64,000 bases of DNA from Candidatus Bathyarchaeota archaeon (GTDB taxonomy: Archaea > Thermoproteota > Bathyarchaeia > 40CM-2-53-6): assembly GCA_963833125.1 (NCBI GenBank), contig CAWHWX010000016.1, positions 416,001 to 480,000 on the forward strand, in the 5' to 3' direction. Positions within the stretch are counted from its first letter, which is position 1; each line of letters starts with the position of its first letter. Shown piece after piece: positions 43,094-53,771 of this stretch. The notes under the pieces are model-generated. The model had not been told where the DNA came from. It did not search any database and worked only from the letters and a program-made list of their open reading frames with translations. The position numbers and the translations under genes were made by a program.

Positions 43094-43648
43094 TCAAGCC
43101 TTTCCGATTTTCTTTCGAGATAACCGTTGGCATAAGGTCAATGGTATTGCAATTACGGCGAGTATGGTGACGACTGCTTGGCCTTGTTGAAACTCAGGTA
43201 GAGGAGCATCCCCCACCTGGATTGCGACTGTCGTTGCATTTAGCAAATATTTTCCGCTTGCAGCACCTGCTTGATTCATGTACGTGTCAACGTCTACCGG
43301 CCAGGTTCCGTTACTCAACGGTGCCGTCGCGAAGTTCTCCACGCTTACTGAGAAGTTATTGGCATTATAACCGATGGAAGTACTGTTCGATGAAAGGATG
43401 GACTTTGACGCACTGTCTGCCAAGTCCACTCTCACGGAAAAGTAGTCTTCTCCGTCTGACGTACAGGAACCGGCAACAGTAGTCACAAACTGAATCTGTT
43501 GCCCGGGTGAGGCTTGGTGAAGATATGCGGATGAAACTGTAACAGTTTGACAGAGGTTCGCCTTCACAGTGGAACCTGAAAGAGCGAGAAGTAGGATCCA
43601 TCCAATCAGGGCTATGTGAATCGCAATCCGCCGGCTCAACTGAATCAT
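43094..43648 (-). CDS. secreted surface protein with PEF-type tail
   Basis: Signal peptide; LPEF followed by TM and basic tail. Confidence 0.65.
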   Translation of the reverse strand: MIQLSRRIAIHIALIGWILLLALSGSTVKANLCQTVTVSSAYLHQASPGQQIQFVTTVAGSCTSDGEDYFSVRVDLADSASKSILSSNSTSIGYNANNFSVSVENFATAPLSNGTWPVDVDTYMNQAGAASGKYLLNATTVAIQVGDAPLPEFQQGQAVVTILAVIAIPLTLCQRLSRKKIGKA

Positions 43649-43819
43649 GTCTTCGAAGATATCTTCACGTATATCAACCGTTCAGAAATCACGTAGACCG
43701 TTTTTAATCGGCAATCCTAGGTCCATCACGACACTTAGTGCGTGAACAGTTTTCGTCGATTGAGAGGTTGCGGCGGGCCATGCCAAATCTAATAAACACA
43801 TAGAGTTGTATGAATATTC

Positions 43820-45433
43820 ATGAAAACTACCGAGGTTTTCGCAAGGAAATCTTCCGGCCTCGTCAGAGTGATGTCGCCTTACTCAGCTTTCGCGTATAAT
43901 GTCTTGAACATCGGCGTCATCTTTCCGTGGGTCTATCTCTCGGTTGGCCTTTGGCCTGACGCGAACGTACCCCTCGCAATATTAATCGCTGGCATCTTCA
44001 CCGCCTTCCTATCACTCGTGTACTCAGGCCTAGCGGCGGCGATGCCTCGAACTGGCGGTGACTACGTGTTTCAAAGCCGTACCTTGAAACCTTGGCTTGG
44101 TTTCGCGATTGTTTCAACAATGATAGTTACATTTTTCCTTCTGTGGCAGGCTCTAGGAGGATGGTTGACGGCGATTTTGGGACTCGCTCCTCTGTTCACA
44201 GGTTTGGGTTTGGCGATGGGCAACACCCAACTATTGAACCTGGGAATATGGTTCACCACTCCGCTCGGGATCTGGATTACCACCGTAGTGGCGTCAACCT
44301 TTGCCGCCGCGGTTCTAATCAAGAGCTTCAAATGGTTCGTTCAAGCCCAATGGGTGATGTGGTACGGTTTCCTCCTCAGCTTCGTCGTAATGATCGCCTT
44401 CTTCCTAATCACTCCCACAAGCGTTTTCATCGAGCGCTTCAACCATGCCATGACTATACTCGCACCGGGAACACCCAACTACTACAGCTACGTCATGACC
44501 CAGGCACAAGCAAACGGATTCGCGCCTGTCAGCGGCTTTTCATGGAGTTCCACTTTCATCGTCATGGCCGTGGCGCTAACTAGTCTCGGCTGGGTTGGTT
44601 ACGCGCAAGAACAAGCGGGAGAAATTCAAGGAGCGTCGAAACTCAACAACCAGTTGTTCATCAACCTGGGTGGTTGCCTTTTCAGCACATTACTAATGAT
44701 GATTCTCGCATATGCCTTCATTAATACTGTCGGCCAGGGTTGGCTTGCAGCCGCAGCATATGGCAGCTTCTATACTGGAACAGTCAGCATGCCCATCCCG
44801 CCATGGTTCAGCAACCTCGCAGCCGTCTTAACGGACAACCCATTTCTCGTCTTCTTCATGATCATCGGAATCTTCCTCAACGCCCTCCAAGTCGTATTCA
44901 ACGTAATCATTGGTTGGACGAGGGTGGCAGTTGCCATGTCGATTGACGGCGTCCTACCAAAATTTGTCAGCCACGTCAGCGAACGAACTCACACACCAGT
45001 CACCGCCCACGTAATCTTCCTAATTTTGGGCGGAGGTGTGATGAGCTTCGTTTACAACTTCTACCCAGGCTTTCTCACATACACACTTGCGGTCACGATG
45101 GTTGCTACCGTGATGTATATCGGAACATCCTTGGGTGGCGCCGTGTTCCCATGGACAAGGAAGGCGGTCTATGAGATCTCTCCGATCGCAAAGTACAAAG
45201 TTGCAGGAATCCCGCTTATAGCCATATGCGGGGTCGTTGCCGCCATATTCAGCGCATGGATGTTGGTCTACTACCTGACAGTCCCAGGACTCGGCTTTGC
45301 AAACGTAACATCAGAGATAGTGATGCTTGGAATTTTCGTAGCGTGGAGCGCTTACTACTTTATTCGGCGCTGGTACCTTAAACGGTCAGGCATCGACCTA
45401 GAGCTTGCCTTCAAAGAAGTGCCACCGATCTGA
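43820..45433 (+). CDS. APC family amino acid permease
   Basis: F.RKSSGLVR, MPRTGGDYVF.SR and DG.LP...SHVS.RTHTP; about 12 TM. Confidence 0.9.
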   Translation: MKTTEVFARKSSGLVRVMSPYSAFAYNVLNIGVIFPWVYLSVGLWPDANVPLAILIAGIFTAFLSLVYSGLAAAMPRTGGDYVFQSRTLKPWLGFAIVSTMIVTFFLLWQALGGWLTAILGLAPLFTGLGLAMGNTQLLNLGIWFTTPLGIWITTVVASTFAAAVLIKSFKWFVQAQWVMWYGFLLSFVVMIAFFLITPTSVFIERFNHAMTILAPGTPNYYSYVMTQAQANGFAPVSGFSWSSTFIVMAVALTSLGWVGYAQEQAGEIQGASKLNNQLFINLGGCLFSTLLMMILAYAFINTVGQGWLAAAAYGSFYTGTVSMPIPPWFSNLAAVLTDNPFLVFFMIIGIFLNALQVVFNVIIGWTRVAVAMSIDGVLPKFVSHVSERTHTPVTAHVIFLILGGGVMSFVYNFYPGFLTYTLAVTMVATVMYIGTSLGGAVFPWTRKAVYEISPIAKYKVAGIPLIAICGVVAAIFSAWMLVYYLTVPGLGFANVTSEIVMLGIFVAWSAYYFIRRWYLKRSGIDLELAFKEVPPI

Positions 45434-45481
45434 GGCACTTCCCTCCCTTCCTATCCTGACGTAAGCTGATAGCTCAGCACT

Positions 45482-46436
45482 TTATCTTTCTGAAGGCTTC
45501 ACAATTACTCCGCGCAATATCCCTGAACCATATTCAGAACCTGGGTTAATGCAGGTCGTACGCTTAATCTTCGCCGCATTCTTAGTCTCATGAATGTGGC
45601 CACAGAGCATTAGCAATGGCTGACTCTTCTCAATCAGTGCACGCACCTGCGGTGCTTCCGACAGGGATCCAAATAGCGTTGCCCGCTGAAGTGACTGCTT
45701 TCGGTGGGTCAAAACTCGCATCCAGTTTGGCGGCAATGTCCAATGTAGAGTCGAATGGGGGTGGGTGAATGTTGAAAACACAATTCGACATATCCTGCAC
45801 TTGGCTTGCCACTTTTGCCAACCTCGTCGTGAGCTCCTCCTCGCTGCATTCGCGAGGTGTCTTCCAGGGGGTTGGGTTGCTCCAGCCAACGCTCATCATC
45901 TCATGGGCATCATCCAACCTGATTACTTTCTCCTCCACATTCATGAAGTACTCATTACCTGGAACGCTGTCCAATATCTTCTGTTGGTCGTCATTCCCAC
46001 CCGTCCAGTAACACTTCACTCCAAGCGGCTCAAGGTGCTGCTTAGCTAAACTCGCCCAACTACTCAAACGTTCAATCATTAGTTTCTCGAAAATAGTCGA
46101 AACCTTCTCGGGGTCAGACCGCACGCTTTCATACTCGGCTTCGTTCACCCTGTACTGGTAAATTCCAGAGTTCATGATTCGGGTCTCGTATTGCGGTAGT
46201 TGACTCTCGGGGATCCCATGGAACTCTTGGCCTTGGAAGTTGAAGCGATACTTTCCATCCTCACCTTTCACGAAGGGGACTACGTTCTTTCCTGTCACGT
46301 CGCCGCCCATGATCAACGCATCTGCTTCGTAAAACTCAGCGGCTCCCAGGAACCTCCTGAACACAATTTCTGAGGAATGCAGGTCTGTCGCGAAGAATAT
46401 GCGGCGGTACTTTCTCTTTGCCCTCTGGTCAGCCAC
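45482..46436 (-). CDS. Icc-related metallophosphoesterase (frameshifted)
   Basis: TDLHSS, GGD.TGK, GNDD, H.PP, GHIHE and NPGS. Confidence 0.88.
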
Positions 46437-46554
46437 AGTGAATCATTTGGGAGTGCGAATCAACTCGGCATTAAGCCTTCACTTGCAACGGTCACCGCAA
46501 CAACGGAAGAAAAGGCAGATTAGCCGACACGAGCCAGATGAGTTGTGACGCGGT

Positions 46555-46827
46555 ATGCTCTTTATGGTGATTGAAAGGTTCAAGAACAGGAACGCTCGCG
46601 CCGTCTACGTGCGCTCCCTGGAACAGGGTCGAATGCTTCCGGAAGGGCTGAAGTATGTTGACAGTTGGGTTGAAGCAAACTTTGATCGTTTCTTCCAACT
46701 AATGGAATGCGAAGATCCAAAGCTTTTCCAGCAGTGGATCCTGCACTGGCAAGATCTAGTCGACTTCGAAATCATTCCCATCGTCCCATCCAAAGACACA
46801 ACCGACACGATCGCTCCCATGCTCTAG
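46555..46827 (+). CDS. DUF3303-family protein
   Basis: MLFMVIERF...GRMLPEGL.Y..SW...FQLME...WQDLVDFEIIP. Confidence 0.75.
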   Translation: MLFMVIERFKNRNARAVYVRSLEQGRMLPEGLKYVDSWVEANFDRFFQLMECEDPKLFQQWILHWQDLVDFEIIPIVPSKDTTDTIAPML

Positions 46828-46854
46828 ATTACCCCTGTTAGTGCGCGCCCCAGA

Positions 46855-46906
46855 AAAGCGTGTTTGATGTGCACACACCCTTTACGACCGACGGCCGCAT
46901 TTTGAG
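46855..46906 (-). repeat. dispersed repeat copy D (degenerate)
   Basis: Minus strand TCAAAATGCGGCCGTCG...GGTGTGTGC...AACACG resembles copies A and B. Confidence 0.45.
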
Positions 46907-46956
46907 ACACTCAAGACAACAAAACGCTGCACTAACAGTAAGCCGTTAGATTTTCT

Positions 46957-47586
46957 TCAAGGCTTAGCTTTGCGTCGAATCAACCCATAGCCCACGACCA
47001 TGAAGATTGCTAAGAATGCAAGCCCAAATGGGTATTCCGGAATGACTTGAGCAGAACCCACTCCAAATGGTGTACCTACAAGCTGGCTGACGGTCGGTGA
47101 GCTAGTCGCGCCGAAAGTGATAGTAATCGTGTGGGCCGTCGTGTCGATTACTGGATCGCAGCAGATCGGCACCCATTGATTTCCAAGAGAGTTATACCAG
47201 AACAAGCTAGGGTTGGTGATCGTTGACGGGTAGAAGAATGTAACAACAACTTGAGTTACGCCGGTAATGCTAGTCATGCGTACATCATAAAAGGTGGGCG
47301 TGTTGAACGGAGTTGGCCCGCCTGGATTGGCACTATACGTCCCAACCGTTACAACGGTCGACGTCGTGGTTGTGGTGACAGTCGCCGTCACGCCTACGCT
47401 GGGATCCCCGATGGTCGTCGTTGCTCCTGGTGAAACGGGACCGGAGGCGCAATTACTCAAACCGAGAACATCGCATGGCGCATATGCCCGAGGAATAAAC
47501 GTCGGAATCAACAGAATAATTACTACAACAAGAATGCACGAGGTAATTTTGAGGACTCGCCTCGGAATCATAGGCAAGAGAATCAA
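46957..47586 (-). CDS. Thr-rich surface protein with IPEY sorting tail
   Basis: Signal peptide; IPEYP followed by TM and RRK. Confidence 0.7.
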   Translation of the reverse strand: MILLPMIPRRVLKITSCILVVVIILLIPTFIPRAYAPCDVLGLSNCASGPVSPGATTTIGDPSVGVTATVTTTTTSTVVTVGTYSANPGGPTPFNTPTFYDVRMTSITGVTQVVVTFFYPSTITNPSLFWYNSLGNQWVPICCDPVIDTTAHTITITFGATSSPTVSQLVGTPFGVGSAQVIPEYPFGLAFLAIFMVVGYGLIRRKAKP

Positions 47587-47648
47587 TGCCAGCGAATCAC
47601 GTTAGCGGTAACTCGGAATAAAGAATTTTCTCCTGTGTGTGAGTAAGT

Positions 47649-47744
47649 TGGTGCGGCCGCCGGGATTCGGACCCGGGTCGTTGGCTTGGAAGGCCAATGG
47701 ACGCGCAAAACGCAATGTCCTAGACCAGACTAGACTACGGCCGC
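47649..47744 (-). tRNA. tRNA-Gly(TCC) with 18-nt intron at 27/28; CCA encoded
   Basis: GCGGCCG/CGGCCGC acceptor stem; TTGGC-CTTCCAA-GCCAA anticodon arm after splicing; BHB with GGAC/GTCC helix and two ATT bulges. Confidence 0.9.
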
Positions 47745-47830
47745 ATGGTTACGCGTTGCGCAACTAGGCATCTATCGTTTAGATAATAAACTTCGTTAAC
47801 AATTCTGACCTTCTCGAAACTACTCTAGGT

Positions 47831-49952
47831 TTAGGATCGCCGGCGTCCACGTCTCAAGAGATACGTGGATGATACTAATGCTGAGAAGAGGACTACTGCA
47901 ACCCCGTTGAACTCCGGCACTGGAGTCGCTTGCGTGAAGTTGGCGGTAACGATTTCTGCAGCCGGTGGTACAGTGTAAGTTATCGAGGTGGAGTAAACGG
48001 CGCCGATGCTCGGGGCAGTCCAGCTGTTGAACGGGCATGTACCCAGCGGGCAGTTTACCCCTGTTACCGAGACCGAGTGCCGCGATCCTGCCGTCCAGAA
48101 GAATGTGTGCGGTGTTGAGGTTAGCACGCCGTCTACGGCTACTGTTGGACCCGTGGCGCTTGTGGTTATTGTGATGGGTATCAGCATCTGTGGCGCCGGA
48201 GCATTGTAATATGCTGCCACTGTCTCACCGTAAGAGGGGACGACATATGTGATCGTGTTCATGTTCGTTGTACCAATACTCGGCGAAGCCCAGCTAACGA
48301 ATTGTCCGTTGCCGTTCTGGGCTGAGAGAGTGTGCGTGCTTCCCGCAGTCCAGTAAAATGTCTGCGGGATGATGACCGGGGTCCCGTCCACTGTCAAGAA
48401 TCCGCTACCGGGCGGCAGTTCCACCAACTGTATGGGTACGTTCTGTGATGCCTGGTAGTAAGCGGTCACTGTTTCAGAGTACCTTGGGACAGTGTACGTG
48501 AAGGAAGGCGAGTTAGTCGTGCCGACACTTTGCGACTGCCAGTAGCTGAACTGAGTCTGGCATCCCGAGGTGCCACAGTAGCGGTTTGCGGACAACGTGT
48601 GCGTGCTGCCCATCTGCCAGTTGAACGTTTGTGATGTAGTAATCTGGGTTCCGTCGACGTAGATATAGTTCAATCCTGATGGAGAGGATGCTATGGTTAT
48701 GGAAACCGTTGTTTGTGGTTGAGTTATTTGGTACACTGCAGTGACGGTTTCCGTCGAGGACGGGACGGTGTAGGTTATGGATTGAGAGTTCACTGATCCG
48801 AGGCTTGGAGAGGTCCAGAAGAGGAACGTCGCCTGACAGTTGTAGTTGCATGGTGGGTTGTATGTCGCAAAGAGGTTGTGGGTTGTTCCTGGAGTCCAGC
48901 TATATATCTGCGGGGTGGTTATGGATGAGCCGTCAACCTGTATTGCGCCGCTGCTTGAAGGATTCGATCCTACAGTTATCTGCACCGTGCTCGTCGGACC
49001 AAAAGCCTGCGGTTTCCGTGATCGGGGCGTTCATAGTGACCGTAGCTGAGGCTGAAGAGCCGCTAAAAGAGCCTGAACCGGAACCAGTCCACGAGACGAA
49101 CGAGAAACCGGTGTTAGGCGAGGCAAGTATCGGTATTACGGCATTAGCATTCTGATATCCTGTGGGCGGAGCAACTGAGCCCCCAGCGTTGGATTGGATT
49201 GTTAGAAGATACTGCTGCTGATAAGTGGCTGAGTAGGACACAGCAAAATTGGGAACCGTGATCGTGTGGGTTTGTCCTCCGCCGTCTGACCACGACTGAA
49301 ATACATACTGGCACGAAATCCCGCAGTTCAAAGAGCCGACTGCGGATAGGGTGTGCATTGAGCCGCTTTGCATGTTGAATACCGTAGGAGTCGTAATTGG
49401 ATTTCCATCCACCGTGACCAACCCCATCCCGTGCGGAGAAGAGTCAACGGTTACGCTCACGATCGGGATGGTCGTGGTCGTGGATGCTGTTGTACCGGTA
49501 GCGGTAGTGCCTGTGGCTGTAGTGCCCGTGGCGGTTGTGCCTGTTTGAGTCGTCCCAGTGGCAGTCGTACCTGTGGCGGTTGTTGAGGCGGTTGTACCCG
49601 TAGCCGTAGTGCCAGTTGCAGTTGTACCCGTTGCAGTAGTGCCTGTAGCTGTCGTACCTGTAGCGGTCGTGCCAGTAGCCGTGGTAGTTATCGGGTCCGT
49701 GGAAACAGTTGAACCAGAAGCGGTTATGCCCGTGGCGGTTGTACCCGTTGCAGTAGTACCACTTGCTGTCGTCCCTGTTGCGGTTGTACCGTTAACTGTT
49801 TGAAAGGGAGAGATTCGTGCGAACGCATGCAACACGCTTGTACCATACACGGGTTGGGACATGTACGGAGAAGCCGTGGCAAGGGCCATGATGGACACGG
49901 CTACCAAAAGGGCGATCGCCCAGCGCTCACGCATGAACCGAATGTTGGTCAA
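47831..49952 (-). CDS. large surface glycoprotein with TTATG repeats, repeated beta-sandwich domains and VPEF tail (frameshift near 48985)
   Basis: Signal peptide; repeated VDG...TP..F.W..GS.H.LSA...F..W units; VPEF followed by TM and RRGRRR. Confidence 0.8.
49485..49792 (-). repeat. 15-bp codon-degenerate tandem repeat encoding (TTATG)n
   Basis: About 14 exact TTATG units plus variants in the translation. Confidence 0.85.
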
Positions 49953-50151
49953 CTACGACAAGTAGTCGAACCAGGCTCTAATAATAAGATTTGTAGCAAA
50001 TCTCAGATCTTACCAAGATTTGAAGAAGGTTGTTTTTTGCGCTTGATCTGCCTGTATTCACCTGAGAATCCGAACGCCGTAAAGTTCAACCGAGGTTCTA
50101 CTTTGAGAATTAGTAGGAAACTCTATCTCCTATCTGACTCGGGGCGCATGT

Positions 50152-50572
50152 GTGATGATCTTGTGTCCCGTTGCTCTGCGAGTAAAAGATGTCATTGAAG
50201 GCAAAGTGGTAACAATGGAAGCGACGAGATCCGTGGCCGAAGCCGTGAAGGAAATCTTAGCGAATGACGTCTGGTCCGTGGTTGTCACAAGGAGCGGGGT
50301 GCCCGTTGGAGTAGTGACGGAACGCGACATAATTCGTCGCACTTACGAAAGGGTTGCCGCCTGAAAGGACCACGGTTGAATCAGTTATGACCAGCCCATT
50401 AGTTACCATAACTCCTGAGGCTTCGCTTGGTGAGGCAATGCTGTTAATGGAGGAGAAGAAGGTCCGGCGCCTCTTCGTCGTCGAGAACGGAAAGATCACA
50501 GGCAGGATCACCCAGACAGGCGTCTTGAACCAAATGCTTGACGTATTGATCGCACTTTCCGCTGCAGCATGA
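50152..50572 (+). CDS. CBS-pair protein (frameshifted)
   Basis: VGVVTERDI, VMTSPLVTI and VRRL.V...GKITG. Confidence 0.85.
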
Positions 50573-50654
50573 ACCGGGGAAAATGAGCGATAGTATGTCA
50601 GCCTGTTGTTCGCCTTTAACCCTCTAGCGCAATGAATAACTTCATCCGACAACA

Positions 50655-51302
50655 ATGGGCAATGGGCACACTGGGTTAGTATTGAGACTAATTTGGGCGA
50701 TTCTAATCTGTACCTTGACAATCTCCTCAGCTAGCTCTCTGCTCATCCCGGTTCAATCTGAACCTGTGATCTGGTTTGGCGGCGGCTCGAGTCATAACGT
50801 CTCATTTACGGGTATGGGCTTCCTGCCTACTGACACGACGTGTTCTGTGTCAAGTCCTTCATCAAACCAGGTCTTCCTCTCCTCGGCCTGCGTAGTTCAA
50901 GTGGGAACAGGTGCGCCATATGGTGGATTCACTATTGGAAACGTGTTACCGGGTTCCTACGTGATTCAGGTCACCGGGAATGACGGAGATTTCGCGCAAG
51001 CAATAGTGCAAGTGGGTGAGGGTGCTAGCCAATCGGGAATGAGTCACGTAGCGGGCCTTCAGGCGGGATCGAGAGTCTCAGTTCAGGCCACTGGCTTACT
51101 CCCAATCGATACGACTTGCCAACTCTCCAGCCCCTCATCACCCAACGTGATCCTACCAGATACAGCTGCGTGCGTGATTCAAGTTGGGAGCGGCGATGCG
51201 TATGGTGGTTTTATTATCGGGAATGTTCTGCCGGGGTCATATGTGATTCAGGTTACGGGGAATCAAGGAGACTTTGCTCAGACGCTTTTGACCGTAGGCT
51301 GA
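50655..51302 (+). CDS. secreted protein with an internal two-domain duplication
   Basis: G.LP.DTTC..SSPSS...ACV.QVG.G..YGGF.IGNVLPGSYVIQVTGN.GDFAQ occurs twice. Confidence 0.7.
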   Translation: MGNGHTGLVLRLIWAILICTLTISSASSLLIPVQSEPVIWFGGGSSHNVSFTGMGFLPTDTTCSVSSPSSNQVFLSSACVVQVGTGAPYGGFTIGNVLPGSYVIQVTGNDGDFAQAIVQVGEGASQSGMSHVAGLQAGSRVSVQATGLLPIDTTCQLSSPSSPNVILPDTAACVIQVGSGDAYGGFIIGNVLPGSYVIQVTGNQGDFAQTLLTVG

Positions 51303-51395
51303 ACCGAAGAATTGGTATCCAGAGTGCCGTGTAAACTTCCGCGATAGAAATTAATACTTATTAGCGTACTAGGACAATTTCGTCTTGACATTCGG

Positions 51396-52860
51396 ATGAA
51401 ACTCCGAATACTTGTTGTTGGGCTGTTGGTTGCGGCTTTCTGCCTCTCCATCCTCTCGGTCCCATATGCGAACAGTCAATCTTCCACCTCAACGACTACG
51501 ATGACGATTACCCAACCCGCAGGTTCCGGTCACTGTACAGTTCGCTCAATAGCCTTCCAGGCAACGAAGGACGACGAGATTGTGGGAAAATATGGATCTG
51601 ACGCGCAAATCAATTTCTATATAATCTCTCAAGATGAATTAAACTCAATTCAAAATTGCCATCTTCCGTCAAGCGCACGACCTCTTCTTGATGAGGAGAA
51701 TGCGATCGGCTACGGCAATCCCTATCGTTCTCTTCCTGTCCCAACCAGCGGAACCTATTACTTCGTATTCATCTTCAATGGTCCTGCAAGTGTTCCGTCA
51801 GGTTATGCAACTGTTGAGCTTAGTTTTCCAGCGGCTACGGTTCTAATCAACAGTACATCAAGCTCTAGCAGCGTAATGAATGTCTCCAGCAGAACAAGTC
51901 ATTTCCAACACAACGGCAACCACCATCACTCTCCCGACTTCCACCACATCCGGCTCGTCTTCGACCTCTCAATCCAGTTCGGGATCAGCGTTCGGTAGAT
52001 TCGGGACTGTAGGAGCAACTGTTTTGGTTGTCTTCATCCTACTTCTAGGGTCCTTTGTACTCTATATGAAAAGAAAGACCCCGAGAAAAACGTCGCAGAG
52101 CACAGTTACGGTAGAAGAGAAGTCTTCTCCAAGAGCCGTGCCATTGGCTCCTCAAACTGCTCCTCAACCAGCCCCTCAACCTGCTCCACGTGAACCCCCA
52201 GTTAGGGTTAGCGACTTGGACAGGCTCTTGGCGGCAGGTTTGCCACAGCGTGCTGCGGTCCTTCTGCTCTCTCCGCGCTGCGAGGAAAGAGACCTACTAT
52301 TGCGGAAGATCATCCGCTCCGCAATATCTGCCGGGATGCCGACCGTTTATTTGTCCAGCGATCCAACCAAAATTCAGGACATGGCGAGCACGTACAAAGA
52401 GAATTTCTATATCGTTAGTCCACAAGCCGCCATAGTTTCAGCCCCTCCCGCGAACGTGTACAAGGTCCCCAGCATAGACAGCTTAAGCGACTTGGATGCA
52501 GCATTTGCAAGGATTATGCAGATCCACTCACAGCCGACGTCGCTCAATAGATTGCTCGTAGTTGATCTTCTCACATATTCTCACATGTTCCTTCTTCATC
52601 AGGGAGTGACAGCCAGAAAATGGTTTTCCGATTTTCTTGCCAAACGCAAAGCCCAGAGTTTCACAGTCCTCGCATTTCTCAACCCACTCGTAACCTCCCA
52701 CGAGGAGACGCAGACGCTCAGCGATGTGTTCGATGGGCTCATGGAAATCTACCAGAAGCAAATCCACGGGAGGTCGCCACGATTCTTAACCATCAGGAGA
52801 ATGTTCGGGCGTAAATATTCCGACTCAGACGTGATGCTCGATAAAAACAAACTATTCTAG
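51396..52860 (+). CDS. membrane-spanning protein: extracellular domain, TM and degenerate KaiC/RAD55-like ATPase domain (frameshift near 51885)
   Basis: Signal peptide, Ser/Thr linker and TM; RecA-fold cues LDRLL..G, VVDLL, FDG..EI and FL.IRRM; Walker A lost. Confidence 0.65.
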
Positions 52861-52888
52861 CTGATTTGAGTGCTGTTCTTTTCTACGA

Positions 52889-53629
52889 TTGTTGATGCCG
52901 CAAAACTATAATGCGCCAGTGATTCTACGATGGCCTATGCTTCCAGCCTGCTCAATATGCAAGTGTGAGGAGTTCTCGTGCGAGAATTGTCAGGCTCCTG
53001 AAGAGTGTGGCAATCATGTTTCATGCTGTTGTCCGGAAACCCACTTGGTCTGGCGGCGGGGGAGAATTCATCAAGGGTTAATGGTGGAGTATGTCAGTCT
53101 CGGATGGATGACTGTTGAAGTAATTGGTTCGATAGGTATCGGGTTGCTATCAGGTAGTCTTGCTCTGATCGCTTTTGGAAGCGATAGTCTCGTCGAAATG
53201 ATTTCTGGATTAATGGTTGTAGCGCACCTGAAGAGCAACTCTGCCAACCCGAGTAATCTTGAACTGACTGAGAAAATTACAAAACTACTTCTGGTTGCGC
53301 TGATTCCGATAATTGGCGCCGGTGCTGTCTACTCTTACGTTACGGGTCTAAGGCCTGAATCCTCGCTTTTGGGTATAGGTGTGGCTGTTGGAGCCGTGGT
53401 AATCATGCCTATTCTATGGGTTCAAAAGAAGACGATAGGACGTGAAACTAACTGTACGCCTCTTTCAATTGATGCGGTAGAATCTGTTACATGCTTCCTC
53501 ATGGCACTGGCGCTGCTGTGTGGCTTGCTCATTAACTACTTCTTTGGGATAAGTTGGGTCGATTATGCCGCCACCGCCGTGATTCTGGCGTTTGTGGCAA
53601 AAGAGAGCGTGGAGGCATTCCGTGAGTAA
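52889..53629 (+). CDS. CDF-type cation transporter TM domain with Cys-rich N-terminus
   Basis: GSLALIAFGSDSLVE, PE.S..GI, L..DA.ES..C and W.D motifs. Confidence 0.8.
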   Translation: MLMPQNYNAPVILRWPMLPACSICKCEEFSCENCQAPEECGNHVSCCCPETHLVWRRGRIHQGLMVEYVSLGWMTVEVIGSIGIGLLSGSLALIAFGSDSLVEMISGLMVVAHLKSNSANPSNLELTEKITKLLLVALIPIIGAGAVYSYVTGLRPESSLLGIGVAVGAVVIMPILWVQKKTIGRETNCTPLSIDAVESVTCFLMALALLCGLLINYFFGISWVDYAATAVILAFVAKESVEAFRE

Positions 53630-53771
53630 CCCATTCGATCAGATAATGAAACCTCGTTAAATTCCTTCAATCCATGACTTGAATTGTGTGAATAATCGGC
53701 CTTGTGTTAAGGATAGGATGACGTACTCACAAGTGTGAAATAACCCTCTGAATCTGTTACAGTGAGCCAAA

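Noticed and set aside
49485-49792. CRISPR array
   Set aside because: It is a 15-bp coding repeat without unique spacers. No repeat-spacer array or cas gene was seen anywhere in the window.
49351-49803. Plus-strand (VAVVP)n ORFs and other antisense ORFs in the track (e.g. 25993..26571, 2926..3369)
   Set aside because: They are shadows of well-supported genes on the opposite strand.
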